From: Actinomycetaceae bacterium
Lineage (GTDB): Bacteria; Actinomycetota; Actinomycetes; Actinomycetales; Actinomycetaceae
Direction of reading: 5' to 3'
Assembly (NCBI GenBank): GCA_030530685.1
Contig: JAUMUM010000009.1
Location: 4,465-68,464, forward strand
Length of the DNA stretch: 64,000 nt
A program made the position numbers and the translations under genes. Under the pieces are notes generated by a model, which did no database searches, had not been told where the DNA came from, and was given only the letters and a program-made list of their open reading frames with translations. Positions 1-9,206 of this stretch are shown one piece after another. Numbering within the stretch: the first letter of the stretch is position 1; each line of letters opens with the position of its first letter.

Positions 1-1
1 C

Positions 2-733
2 GCCGTATATGTCCAGCAGTACACGCTCGCCTACGCCCGTGCCACGCCCCGCCAATTCGTCGAGGAACAACTCGTCGGGCAGCTCGGTGCCGAGGCAGTG
101 GTCGTGGGCGCGGACGTCCGCTTTGGCTGCGACAATTCCGGTGACAAGGACACGCTCGTCGAACTCGGAGAGAGGTTCGGCTTCGACGTCACGCTTGTCA
201 TGGATCGCGAAAGCCCACTGGGCAGGCGGTGGTCTTCCACGTGGGTTCGTGAACTACTGGCCGCCGGCGATGTGCGGGGCGCCGCCGACGTTTTGGGTCG
301 GCCGCACAGGATCCGCGGGACGGTGGTCCACGGATTCAGACGGGGCAGGCAACTCGGTTTTCCAACGGCGAACCTGGAGGGCGAGAACCTTGGCGAGGTG
401 CCGGCCGACGGTGTTTACGCCGGCTGGCTCGTGCGCTCCGTTCCCGGGACGAAGGCCACGGAGCATCTGCCCGCCGCGATTTCCGTGGGCACGAATCCGC
501 AATTCGATGGAACTCAGCGCACGGTCGAGGCGCACGTCCTCGGCAGGGCCGACCTCGACCTGTACGGCGAGGACGTGGCCATTGACTTCGTCGAACGCCT
601 GCGCCCAATGATGTCCTTCGACTCGGTGGCCGGCCTCCTCGCGCAGATGGACGAGGACCTGCGCGGCACGGCGGAGGTCCTTAGCGTGCCAACGGCGGGA
701 CGCGTCGATCCCTCGGCGGTGACGGCCGGTTGA
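2..733 (+). CDS. ribF: Bifunctional riboflavin kinase / FAD synthetase, 5'-truncated at the window edge (C-terminal riboflavin kinase domain present).
   Basis: Frame continuous from base 2. The translated C-terminal region has the typical riboflavin-kinase sequence (GRPHRIRGTVVHGFRRGRQLGFPTANL). The ribF-rpsO-pnp order is conserved. Confidence 0.85.
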   Translation, partial: AVYVQQYTLAYARATPRQFVEEQLVGQLGAEAVVVGADVRFGCDNSGDKDTLVELGERFGFDVTLVMDRESPLGRRWSSTWVRELLAAGDVRGAADVLGRPHRIRGTVVHGFRRGRQLGFPTANLEGENLGEVPADGVYAGWLVRSVPGTKATEHLPAAISVGTNPQFDGTQRTVEAHVLGRADLDLYGEDVAIDFVERLRPMMSFDSVAGLLAQMDEDLRGTAEVLSVPTAGRVDPSAVTAG

Positions 734-765
734 AGGCGATGCTTGCCGCGTCGGCCTTGGACTGT

Positions 766-798
766 GCCCCGTCGGCTCCATGACGAGGCCGACGGGGC
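766..798 (+). terminator. GC-rich hairpin after ribF: GCCCCGTCGGC, 11-nt loop, GCCGACGGGGC.
   Basis: Perfect 11-bp inverted repeat 33 nt downstream of the ribF stop, with no obvious T-tract (I-shaped). Confidence 0.45.
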
Positions 799-1100
799 GG
801 CTCGCTTCTCAGAGCCGCGGCTGTCTCCGGCCCAGCCGCCGCTCGGCCACCGCCTAGCGACCTCCGCTCGGCCACCGCCCGGCCACCCCCGCTCTGCCAC
901 GTCCGCCCCGGCCACCGCTGCGGCGGCCACTCAAATCGGGATGCCACCGTGCCCGCCCCGTATGCAAGTTCACAGGAGCCGCCGGATATCGAATTTGCGT
1001 GCGCCTGCTAAACTGACCGAGCCGTCAGGTCGGCCACGGAAGCGTCATCGCTCGGGAGAACATGCCCCGAAGCTCCGTGCAACGGATCGAAGGAGAATCA

Positions 1101-1370
1101 ATGGCTCTCAAGACTGAAGAGAAGCAGAAGATCATCGCGGAGTACGCGACTCACGAGGGCGATACTGGTTCGCCCGAGGTCCAGGTCGCGCTCCTTTCGG
1201 CTCGCATCAAGGAGCTGACGGAGCACTTCAGGACCCATCCGCACGACCATCATTCGCGTCGCGGCCTCATGCTTCTCATCGGCCAGCGCAAGCGCCTCCT
1301 GGCGTACCTCGCCGAAGAGGACATCGAGCGCTATCGCTCACTGATCGCGCGGCTCGGCCTGCGGCGATGA
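1101..1370 (+). CDS. rpsO: 30S ribosomal protein S15.
   Basis: 89-aa protein [12 protein letters not shown]...[13 protein letters not shown] is present upstream of the ATG. It sits between ribF and pnp. Confidence 0.95.
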   Translation: MALKTEEKQKIIAEYATHEGDTGSPEVQVALLSARIKELTEHFRTHPHDHHSRRGLMLLIGQRKRLLAYLAEEDIERYRSLIARLGLRR

Positions 1371-1376
1371 GGCATA

Positions 1377-1414
1377 GGCGGTCCGGATCGAGCATCTGGG
1401 CCGCCTTTCATGTT
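1377..1414 (+). terminator. rpsO terminator/attenuator hairpin (GGCGGTCC...GGGCCGCC) followed by TTTCATGTT.
   Basis: 8-bp stem with one mismatch, immediately after the rpsO stop, followed by a T-rich run. It is upstream of pnp, as in other bacteria. Confidence 0.5.
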
Positions 1415-1557
1415 GAGAACTGCGCTTCCAGCACTACGTCAGACGTCAACGAAATAGCAGTAAGCCCCAGGCCCGGTCCTCGGTGGTGGCCTCCGGACTT
1501 TGCGCCGTGGGCGGCCACTGAAGGCCGTGTCGGGGCCAACACAAAGGAGAAACCACA

Positions 1558-3861
1558 ATGGAGGGACCCGACGTTCACTCCTCCGAGGCTGTCATCGACA
1601 ATGGCAGTTTCGGAAAGCGCGTCATTCGCTTCGAAACGGGCCTGCTGGCCCGCCAGGCCAACGGTTCGGCCCTGGCCTACCTTGACGAGGAGACCGTCGT
1701 CTTCGCGGCCACCACGGCCTCAAGGAACCCGAAGGAGCACTTCGACTTCTTCCCACTGACCGTCGACATCGAGGAGCGTTCGTATGCCGCCGGCCGCATT
1801 CCCGGCTCGTTCTTCCGCCGTGAGGGACGTCCCGGTACTGAGGCGATCCTCGCGGCTCGTCTTATCGATCGCCCGCTGCGTCCCGCCTTCAAGAAGGGCA
1901 TGCGCAACGAGGTCCAGGTTGTTGGCACCGTCTTCTCGGTTCACCCGGACGATTCCTACGACGTGCTCGCCATCAACGCGGCATCCATGTCCACCTCGCT
2001 GGCGGGCCTGCCGTTCTCCGGACCGATTGGCGGCACGCGCATGGCGCTCGTCGACGGCCAGTGGATCGCATTCCCGCGCTGGAGCGAGTTGGAACGCGCC
2101 ACATTTTCCATGGCGATCGCCGGCCGCGTCGTCGGCGACGACGTTGCCATCATGATGGTGGAGGCCAAGGCCCCCGAACAGGCGGACGACATCATCAAGG
2201 CCGGGGGAGCCAAGCCCACCGAGGCGACCGTTGCTGAAGGCATGGAAGCGGCCAAGCCCGTCATCCGTGAACTGTGCGAGGCTCAATCCAGGCTCATCGC
2301 TGAGTGCGGCAAGCCGGTGGGCGACTACCCGTTCTTCCCGGACTACACCGACGAACAGTACGAGGCCGTCGCAGCACAGATCGGTGACCGCTTCGCGCCG
2401 ATCCTCGGCATCGTGGCCAAGGCCGAGCGCGACCAGGCGCTCAGCGAGGTCACGTCGGCCGTCGTCGAGGAACTGGCTGAGCGATTCCCGGAGGAAGAGG
2501 GCATGCTCGCCGCCGCCGTCAACGCCGCGTTCAAGAAGCAGATGCGCACCCACGTTCTGACCGAGGGCGTGCGCATGGACGGCCGCACCCCCGTGGAGAT
2601 CCGCACGATCACGGCCGAGGCGGGAGTGCTGCCGCGAGTGCACGGTTCGGCGCTCTTCCAGCGCGGTGAGACCCAGATCCTCGGCGTGACGACCCTGAAC
2701 ATGCTCAAGATGGAGCAGCAGCTGGACAACCTGTCGCCGGCCACGCACCGACGCTACATCCACCACTACAACTTCCCGCCGTATTCGACGGGGGAGACCG
2801 GTCGCGTGGGCTCGCCCAAGCGCCGGGAGATTGGCCACGGCCACCTGGCGGAGATCGCCATCGAATCGCAGCTGCCCAGCCGCGAGGAGTTCCCGTACGC
2901 GATCCGCCAGGTCTCCGAGACCATGGGCTCGAACGGTTCATCATCGATGGGTTCGGTCTGCGCCTCGACCCTCGCGCTGTACAACGCGGGCGTGCCCCTC
3001 AAGGCCCCCGTCGCCGGCATCGCCATGGGGCTCGTGTCGGACACGATCGACGGTGAGACCAGGTACTGCACCCTCACGGACATCCTCGGGGCCGAGGACG
3101 CCCTGGGCGACATGGACTTCAAGGTGGCCGGAACGCGCGAGTACGTCACGGCTCTCCAGCTCGACACCAAGCTCGACGGCATCCCGGCGGCCGTGCTCGA
3201 CGCCGCGCTGACCCAGGCACGCGAGGCACGTTTCGCCATCCTCGATCTGCTGACCGAGGCCATCGACGGGCCCGACGAGATGGCGGCCACCGCGCCGCGC
3301 ATCATCGCCGTGAAGATCCCCGTCGACAAGATCGGCGAGGTCATCGGGCCCAAGGGCAAGATGATCAACCAGATTCAGGAGGACACGGGCGCTGAGATCT
3401 CCATTGAGGACGACGGCACCGTGTTCATCGGGGCGACGGACGGCCCGTCGGCCGAGGCCGCCCGCGCTGCCATCAACGGCATTGCCAATCCGCAGATGCC
3501 GGAGGTCGGCGAACGCTTCGTCGGCACCGTCGTTAAGACGACGACGTTTGGCGCCTTTATTTCCCTGGCCCCCGGACGCGACGGTCTGCTTCACATTTCG
3601 CAGATCCGTCGGATCGTTGGCGGCAAACGCGTGGAGAACGTCGAGGACGTCCTAGGCGTCGGCGAGAAGGTCGAGGTCGAGATCTCGGAGATCGATCCGC
3701 GCGGCAAGATCTCGCTGGAGGCTATCGTCGACAACGAGCCTGAAGAGGCGGCCGTCGAGGACGAGCCCGAGCGCCCGGCGCGGGGCCGCGGCAGTCGCGA
3801 GCGCGGCTCGCGTCGGCCCCGTCAGCGCCGCCGCACCAACGCAGGCGATAGGGCCGAGTAA
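1558..3861 (+). CDS. pnp: Polyribonucleotide nucleotidyltransferase (PNPase).
   Basis: 767 aa with two RNase PH-like domains and C-terminal KH and S1 domains. The SD AAAGGAG precedes the ATG. Confidence 0.95.
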   Translation: MEGPDVHSSEAVIDNGSFGKRVIRFETGLLARQANGSALAYLDEETVVFAATTASRNPKEHFDFFPLTVDIEERSYAAGRIPGSFFRREGRPGTEAILAARLIDRPLRPAFKKGMRNEVQVVGTVFSVHPDDSYDVLAINAASMSTSLAGLPFSGPIGGTRMALVDGQWIAFPRWSELERATFSMAIAGRVVGDDVAIMMVEAKAPEQADDIIKAGGAKPTEATVAEGMEAAKPVIRELCEAQSRLIAECGKPVGDYPFFPDYTDEQYEAVAAQIGDRFAPILGIVAKAERDQALSEVTSAVVEELAERFPEEEGMLAAAVNAAFKKQMRTHVLTEGVRMDGRTPVEIRTITAEAGVLPRVHGSALFQRGETQILGVTTLNMLKMEQQLDNLSPATHRRYIHHYNFPPYSTGETGRVGSPKRREIGHGHLAEIAIESQLPSREEFPYAIRQVSETMGSNGSSSMGSVCASTLALYNAGVPLKAPVAGIAMGLVSDTIDGETRYCTLTDILGAEDALGDMDFKVAGTREYVTALQLDTKLDGIPAAVLDAALTQAREARFAILDLLTEAIDGPDEMAATAPRIIAVKIPVDKIGEVIGPKGKMINQIQEDTGAEISIEDDGTVFIGATDGPSAEAARAAINGIANPQMPEVGERFVGTVVKTTTFGAFISLAPGRDGLLHISQIRRIVGGKRVENVEDVLGVGEKVEVEISEIDPRGKISLEAIVDNEPEEAAVEDEPERPARGRGSRERGSRRPRQRRRTNAGDRAE

Positions 3862-3899
3862 TAGCGGCCTGCCGCTTGAGCGTCGGCATGCATGCGATC

Positions 3900-3941
3900 G
3901 TGGCGCCCGTGAGCTGAGTCTCGCGGGCGCCACGTTTTGTG
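3900..3941 (+). terminator. pnp terminator: GTGGCGCCCG, 14-nt loop, CGGGCGCCAC, then GTTTTGTG.
   Basis: Perfect 10-bp inverted repeat plus a T-rich tail, 39 nt after the pnp stop. Confidence 0.6.
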
Positions 3942-4081
3942 ATGTCTTGGCGCGCCCTCCTTTGCGATGGCGTGGCGTGCGCCCTCCGCATCGTTCCATG
4001 GGGATTGTCGACCGGCGCCGTGGGTGACCGGGGGCGCGCTGCGACCTGCGCCGCGGGGTCCTCGTCGTCTACGCTTGCCTG

Positions 4082-5395
4082 GTGAACGAATTCTCTTCCG
4101 TCGATCTCAGCCTCGATCGCCGCGACGGCGAGCTTTCCCTCACGGACGACGGCGCCCTCATCCGCCGATCCATCATCCCCGGCGGCATCCGCGTCCTCAC
4201 CGAAAGCGTGCCGCACACCCACACCGTGGCGATCGGTATGTGGGTAGGTACCGGCTCGTGCGACGAGGCCGAGGACACCCTGGGATCCACACACTTCCTC
4301 GAGCATCTGCTCTTCAAGGGAACGAAACGGCGCAGCGCACGTGACATCGCGGAAAAGATGGACTACCTCGGCGGCAATATCAATGCCGGGACGGACAAGC
4401 AGTTCACCTACTACTACGGGCACGTCATGCGCGACGATCTTGCCGACATGGTCGACCTCCTCGGGGACATGATCACGAGTTCGTCGCTGGACGAGGAGGA
4501 AATGGAGCGCGAACGCAGCGTCATACTCGAAGAGCTCGCCATGTACGCCGACGATGCCCCCGAGGTCGCCTATGAAAAGATTGCCGCCAGCGTGTTCGGG
4601 CCCCACCCGCTCGGCCGTCCTATCGGCGGTACGCGCGCGAGCGTCAGTGGCCTGGCACACGAAAGCCTGCTCGCCCACTACCAGGCCAACTACCGCCCGA
4701 ATGAGCTCGTTGTCACGGCCGCCGGATGCGTCGACCACGAGGAGCTGTGCTCGCTCGTTGTGGAAGCCGTCCGGCGCGGTGGATGGACGTGCGAGGACGG
4801 TGCCGAGCCCGCCGAGCGCAGGTTCAGGGGAGGCATTTCCTACGAAGCTCGGGAGGCTTCGGTGGAGATGGCAGTCGAGCAGGCGGCCGTGGTCGTGGGG
4901 ATGCCCGCCATGACGAGCGACGACGAGCGCCGGTACAGCCTGCACGCCCTGACGACGATCCTCGGGGGCGGGGTTTCCTCGCGGCTGTTTGGCGAGATCA
5001 GGGACAGGCGCGGCCTGGCGTACACCACGTACGCCTACCCGAGCCTCTACCGCGAGGGCGGTCTTTTCCTCATGTACGCCGGATGCTCGCCGAAAGACGC
5101 GTCCACGGTGGTCTCGCTCATGGAGGAGTGCCTCGAGGATGTCACCAAGGGCGTCAGCGACGCGGAGATCGAGTCGGCCTACCGGCGCGTGCGTTCGGAC
5201 ATGGCCTTCGGTTCCGAGTCGGTGACCGCGCGGATGACCAAGCTGGGCGACGCCGAGCTCCTTCGCGGCAGACTGCTCTCGCGCAGTCAGAGGCTGCGGC
5301 GGGCACGTGCTGTGACCGGGCAGGACATTGCGGAGGTGGCCGCCGAGCTCGCGTCGGCTGCGCGGTCACGCGTCGTCGTCGGGCCTGCGATGTGA
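4082..5395 (+). CDS. pepR: M16-family zinc metallopeptidase (pitrilysin-like; PepR-like).
   Basis: HFLEHLLFKGT inverted zinc-binding motif (HxxEH). The pnp-pepR-dapB neighbourhood is typical of actinobacteria. GTG start. Confidence 0.85.
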   Translation: MNEFSSVDLSLDRRDGELSLTDDGALIRRSIIPGGIRVLTESVPHTHTVAIGMWVGTGSCDEAEDTLGSTHFLEHLLFKGTKRRSARDIAEKMDYLGGNINAGTDKQFTYYYGHVMRDDLADMVDLLGDMITSSSLDEEEMERERSVILEELAMYADDAPEVAYEKIAASVFGPHPLGRPIGGTRASVSGLAHESLLAHYQANYRPNELVVTAAGCVDHEELCSLVVEAVRRGGWTCEDGAEPAERRFRGGISYEAREASVEMAVEQAAVVVGMPAMTSDDERRYSLHALTTILGGGVSSRLFGEIRDRRGLAYTTYAYPSLYREGGLFLMYAGCSPKDASTVVSLMEECLEDVTKGVSDAEIESAYRRVRSDMAFGSESVTARMTKLGDAELLRGRLLSRSQRLRRARAVTGQDIAEVAAELASAARSRVVVGPAM

Positions 5396-5530
5396 TGCTG
5401 ACCCCCGCTGCGATCGCCGCCTGGACCCGCGCCTGACGGGCCGCCCCGTGGTCGGCTTTGACCAGCGGTCGAGTGCTCAGCGTGTGAAAGGGCCATAGGC
5501 CCCGGTGCGGCCTCGTGCCCGCCGGCTGCC

Positions 5531-5570
5531 ATACGGGTGCGAGCGGCGGTGATGCCACCCGCACCCGTAT
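5531..5570. terminator. Bidirectional hairpin between convergent pepR and the hypothetical gene: ATACGGGTGCG, 18-nt loop, CGCACCCGTAT.
   Basis: Perfect 11-bp inverted repeat in the 230-bp convergent gap. Confidence 0.4.
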
Positions 5571-5625
5571 ATGCGATCACCCCGGTAGTGCTGCGGTCAT
5601 TGTGCGTGCCTTCCCCGTCCCACGA

Positions 5626-6084
5626 TCATGCCGCAGGCGAAGCTTTGGTCCATGGACGACAGCCCGTGTCGAAACGCAGGGAGAAACCTGCGCCGAAGGT
5701 TTTACCGATGCTGATATAGCCGCCCTCCCACGTGTTGTACAAATGGGTGACGGTGCACCTGTCGAAGTCGGCGTGCCTGCAGTGCGTGAACCCCAGCGGG
5801 GCGGCCACTTCGGTCACGATACTCACGGCCCGGGGAAAATCGTCGTCGTCCATCTGCATGGTCACGCCCTGCATGCGGCAGATCGAGTGGCCGCGGTTGC
5901 CTTCGTCGTCGACGGCGGGTGCGAAACTCTGCGGATCGATCGAATCTTCGACTTCCGTCCACTCGAACGGCCCGAGGTCGTGGGAGATTTCCGCGCGGGC
6001 ACGAGCGAGAACGGTCAGGAGTTGCTCTGCGGCGGTCAGCGCGCCCGTGCGCTGCGCAAAGGGTGCCGTTCCGTCGTAAAACAT
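5626..6084 (-). CDS. Hypothetical protein, 153 aa, family not recognised; contains several Cys and His residues.
   Basis: ORF with a perfect SD (AAGGAG) 6 nt upstream of ATG 6084. No recognisable motif. An alternative upstream start lies at 6102. Confidence 0.5.
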   Translation of the reverse strand: MFYDGTAPFAQRTGALTAAEQLLTVLARARAEISHDLGPFEWTEVEDSIDPQSFAPAVDDEGNRGHSICRMQGVTMQMDDDDFPRAVSIVTEVAAPLGFTHCRHADFDRCTVTHLYNTWEGGYISIGKTFGAGFSLRFDTGCRPWTKASPAA

Positions 6085-6466
6085 TTCGCTCTCCTTACTC
6101 ATTCTCGTGGGTGGAACACCGATTCGGTTGTGGGACCGGTGGCCAGGTTCGTGCCTCGTCATCCGCCGTCAGGGGCGGACGCGTGCCACCGTGGTGGTTC
6201 GTTCTTGCCGCTGCCTAGCCGGCTGGTCGAAGGTCCACTCGGCGCTGACTCGCCCGTCAGGTGCCGTCTTACCGCGGATGCCCGAGTGCGGTGCCCGGTT
6301 TCGACCGGTCTTAATTTGTCCTCCAATGCGCGCCCGCCTCTTACCATCGAACGCGCGATACTCAACGAGGCTAGCCTGCGTTTTCCGGCTGTCGCGATGG
6401 GGATACTTCCCCCTCAGCGTCTGGGCGCCCGTGCCGGGCGGTCGCGGTCGCGTTAGGCTTGACGCT

Positions 6467-7210
6467 ATGACGATTCGTGTGGCAGTAGTTGGCGCCGCTG
6501 GGCGCATGGGCAAGACGGTGTGCGAGGCGGTCGAGGCAGCCGCGGACATGGAGCTGGTGGCTCGGCTCGACGAGGGGGACGATATCGACGCGCGGTCACT
6601 GACGGGTGCCGACGTGGTGGTCGAATTCAGCGTCCCGTCAGTCACGCTGGGCAACGTCCTGAAGATTCTTCAGGCTGGAAGCGATGCCGTCGTGGGGACG
6701 ACTGGGTGGACGGACGAGGCGCTGGCGCAGGTCGCCGATGCGGCCGAAAAGCTGGGGCGCAGCGTCATCATTGCACCCAACTACGCGCTGTCGGCCGTGC
6801 TGGTCATGCACTTCGCCGAGAAGGCCGCTCCGTACTTCGAGTCGGTTGAGATCATCGAGATGCACCACCCGGACAAGGTCGATGCCCCCTCGGGGACGGC
6901 GGCGTCGACGGCGCGGAGGATAGTGGCTGCCCGCGACGGGGCGGGAGTAGGCCCGGGGCCGGATGCCACCGAGTCCGACCCGGCCGGCGCGCGCGGGGCG
7001 AACCTCGACGGCGTTCACGTGCATGCGGTCAGGCTCCGGGGCTTGAACGCGCACGAGCAGGTGCTGCTGGGCAACCCGGGCGAACAGATGGTCATCGGCC
7101 AGGACTCCTTCGATCGCAAGAGCTTCATGCCGGGTGTTCTGCTGGCCGTGCGCAGCGTGCGCGGGCGCGGTGGCCTGACGTACGGCCTCGAGTCGATCAT
7201 GGGTCTGTAA
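6467..7210 (+). CDS. dapB: 4-hydroxy-tetrahydrodipicolinate reductase.
   Basis: MTIRVAVVGAAGRMGK NAD(P)-binding N-terminus and the EIIEMHHPDKVDAPSGTA motif. The upstream in-frame extension from 6107 lacks homology and is rejected. Confidence 0.9.
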   Translation: MTIRVAVVGAAGRMGKTVCEAVEAAADMELVARLDEGDDIDARSLTGADVVVEFSVPSVTLGNVLKILQAGSDAVVGTTGWTDEALAQVADAAEKLGRSVIIAPNYALSAVLVMHFAEKAAPYFESVEIIEMHHPDKVDAPSGTAASTARRIVAARDGAGVGPGPDATESDPAGARGANLDGVHVHAVRLRGLNAHEQVLLGNPGEQMVIGQDSFDRKSFMPGVLLAVRSVRGRGGLTYGLESIMGL

Positions 7211-7269
7211 CCACGCCCGCGGCGGAAGGCCGGCAGGCCGGTGGGAGCCTCGGGGCTCGTGCGTGGCAG

Positions 7270-7944
7270 TTAGAGGCGGGCGTGCCAGCAGCGTTCGGTG
7301 ACGATGTCATCGCCGACCTGTAGCCTGCGGCCAATGCCGGCCGGTCCGAAGCCTGCGGAGGCGAGGAATTTGACGCGGGCGTCGTCGCCGTCGAGCGCCC
7401 AGGTTTGAATGCGCTCGGCCCCGAGCTGGCGCGACGTGTCGATGGCCGCGGCGAGAAGGCGTGAGCCGTGGCCGTGCCTTTGGTGGCGGGCCGGTACCTC
7501 CAGGGCTGTCACTTCAATGCGTTTGACAGAAGCCGCAGGAAGCCCACCGTCCTTGGCGGCGGCGCGAGAACCGGTGTGACCGGCGGCCCCGCCGGCGCCT
7601 TCATCTGCGGCCCCGCCGTTGGTCTCGCCTTCCGCCCCGGCGTCGGCTTCCGACGGTGGGGGCTCATCGGTCGGCCGGACGGGCGCGTCCGTCGGCGACA
7701 GCGCCGCGAAGCCGACCACCTCGCCGTCTTCGACGGCCACGAGCACCCGGTGGGGCGGGCTGACGATGGTTGTCGCCCATTGGCGGGCAAAAGCCTCGGC
7801 GTCGATCCTTTCGGCGACGTCGCTCGCCAGCTTCTGCCCGACCGCGGCGGTCAGCGAGGCCCGCATGGTGCGTGCCTGCACATCGCCGATGGCCGGGGCA
7901 TCCAGGGCGGTCGCGGCGCGGACGAAAACGTGGGGCTCGGTCAT
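7270..7944 (-). CDS. GNAT-family N-acetyltransferase with a Gly/Ala/Glu-rich low-complexity insert.
   Basis: RHQRHGHGSRLLAAAID acetyl-CoA-binding motif (Q/RxxGxG/A). Confidence 0.7.
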   Translation of the reverse strand: MTEPHVFVRAATALDAPAIGDVQARTMRASLTAAVGQKLASDVAERIDAEAFARQWATTIVSPPHRVLVAVEDGEVVGFAALSPTDAPVRPTDEPPPSEADAGAEGETNGGAADEGAGGAAGHTGSRAAAKDGGLPAASVKRIEVTALEVPARHQRHGHGSRLLAAAIDTSRQLGAERIQTWALDGDDARVKFLASAGFGPAGIGRRLQVGDDIVTERCWHARL

Positions 7945-8013
7945 GGGACCAGGCTAGCGCCCATAGTCGCATGCCGATACGTCCCCACCGCGGCCTCGGT
8001 CTTCGGATAAAGT

Positions 8014-8925
8014 TTGCCCATGAGCGAAAACGTCGTACTGCCCAAGCGAACCTTCGGATCCGTCGCTGTCGCGATGGTCACGCCGTTCTTCGAAGACGGT
8101 TCCCTCGACATCAATACGGCGGTGGCGCTGGCCAACAAATTGGTCGACGACGGGTGCGACTGCATCCTCCTGTCGGGAACGACGGGCGAATCGCCTACCA
8201 CGCACCAGCCGGAGAAGGACGAACTCGTGCGCGAGGTGAGCAAGTCGCTCGCGGGCCGCGCACTCGTGCTGGCCGGTGCCGGATCGAATGACACGGCCCA
8301 CGCCGTACGCATGGCCAAGGGTGCGCAGCTCGCCGGAGCCGACGCGCTCCTCGTGCTCCCGCCCTACTACAACAGGCCCTCGCAGGAAGGCGTCTACCAG
8401 CATATTCTCGCCGTCACGGAGGCAACCGACCTGCCCGTCATGCTCTATGACATCCCGGGCCGCACGGGCGTCAAGCTCGAAATGGACACGCTCTCGCGCC
8501 TTGCCGAGCACCCCCGGATCAAGGGCGTCAAGGACGCGACGGGGGATGTCGCTTCCGGCTTCATCAAGATGGCGGCCACCGGTCTCGAATACTACTCGGG
8601 CGATGATTCGCTCAACTTCGCCTGGCTCGCGCACGGAGCCTCTGGCGTGGTTTCGGTTGCCGGGCACGTCATCGCCCCGGGGCTACGCATGCTCGTCAGC
8701 GAGGTCGACTCGGGTGACCTGCCGGACGCCAGGGCCGAGGCCGCGCGCCAACGCCCGATCATCGAGGCGATCATGGGTGGCGGTCAGGGCGCCGTCATGG
8801 CGAAGGAAGCCCTTAAGCTCCTTGGCGTGATCCCCAGTGCGACGCTTCGCCTACCCCTCGTCGGCGCATCCAATTCCCAGATCGCGGCACTGGCCGCGGT
8901 GCTGCGCGACGAAGGGCTCATGTGA
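8014..8925 (+). CDS. dapA: 4-hydroxy-tetrahydrodipicolinate synthase.
   Basis: 303 aa DapA/DHDPS-type protein (VAMVTPF...LLSGTTGE N-terminal region), in the conserved dapA-rnj order. The annotated start includes leading MPM; the true start may be MSENV at 8020. Confidence 0.9.
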   Translation: MPMSENVVLPKRTFGSVAVAMVTPFFEDGSLDINTAVALANKLVDDGCDCILLSGTTGESPTTHQPEKDELVREVSKSLAGRALVLAGAGSNDTAHAVRMAKGAQLAGADALLVLPPYYNRPSQEGVYQHILAVTEATDLPVMLYDIPGRTGVKLEMDTLSRLAEHPRIKGVKDATGDVASGFIKMAATGLEYYSGDDSLNFAWLAHGASGVVSVAGHVIAPGLRMLVSEVDSGDLPDARAEAARQRPIIEAIMGGGQGAVMAKEALKLLGVIPSATLRLPLVGASNSQIAALAAVLRDEGLM

Positions 8926-9206
8926 CCGTCTCGCGGCTCGCGTGACCGCGCCGAGCTATCCGCGCGCTGACACGCGCTCATGGGCTCGCCTGCCGGATGG
9001 CGAGAAGGCAGGAAGAAGGCGCTACATGTAGGTCAGCGGCCCGCCGGAGCGGGCCGCTGCTCGCGCATCGGGCCTCAATGGGCCCGCCGTGGGTGGCCGC
9101 CCAACGAGGCCCGATGCTGCCGCCCAAAGATGCCAATGTGGGCAGGGCGCCCGGGTAGGGGCAGTTTCTCGGCCATACAAGCCGGGCCGGGAGATGGTCG
9201 GCGGCG

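Noticed and set aside
9-611. 200-aa ORF in an alternative frame at the window start.
   Set aside because: It overlaps ribF in a different frame and has an Arg/Ser/Pro-rich composition typical of an off-frame translation.
6107-6466. N-terminal 120-codon extension of the dapB ORF.
   Set aside because: It has no homology to DapB, and the conserved MTIRVAVVGAAGRMGK start is at 6467. The extension is an open frame in GC-rich intergenic DNA.
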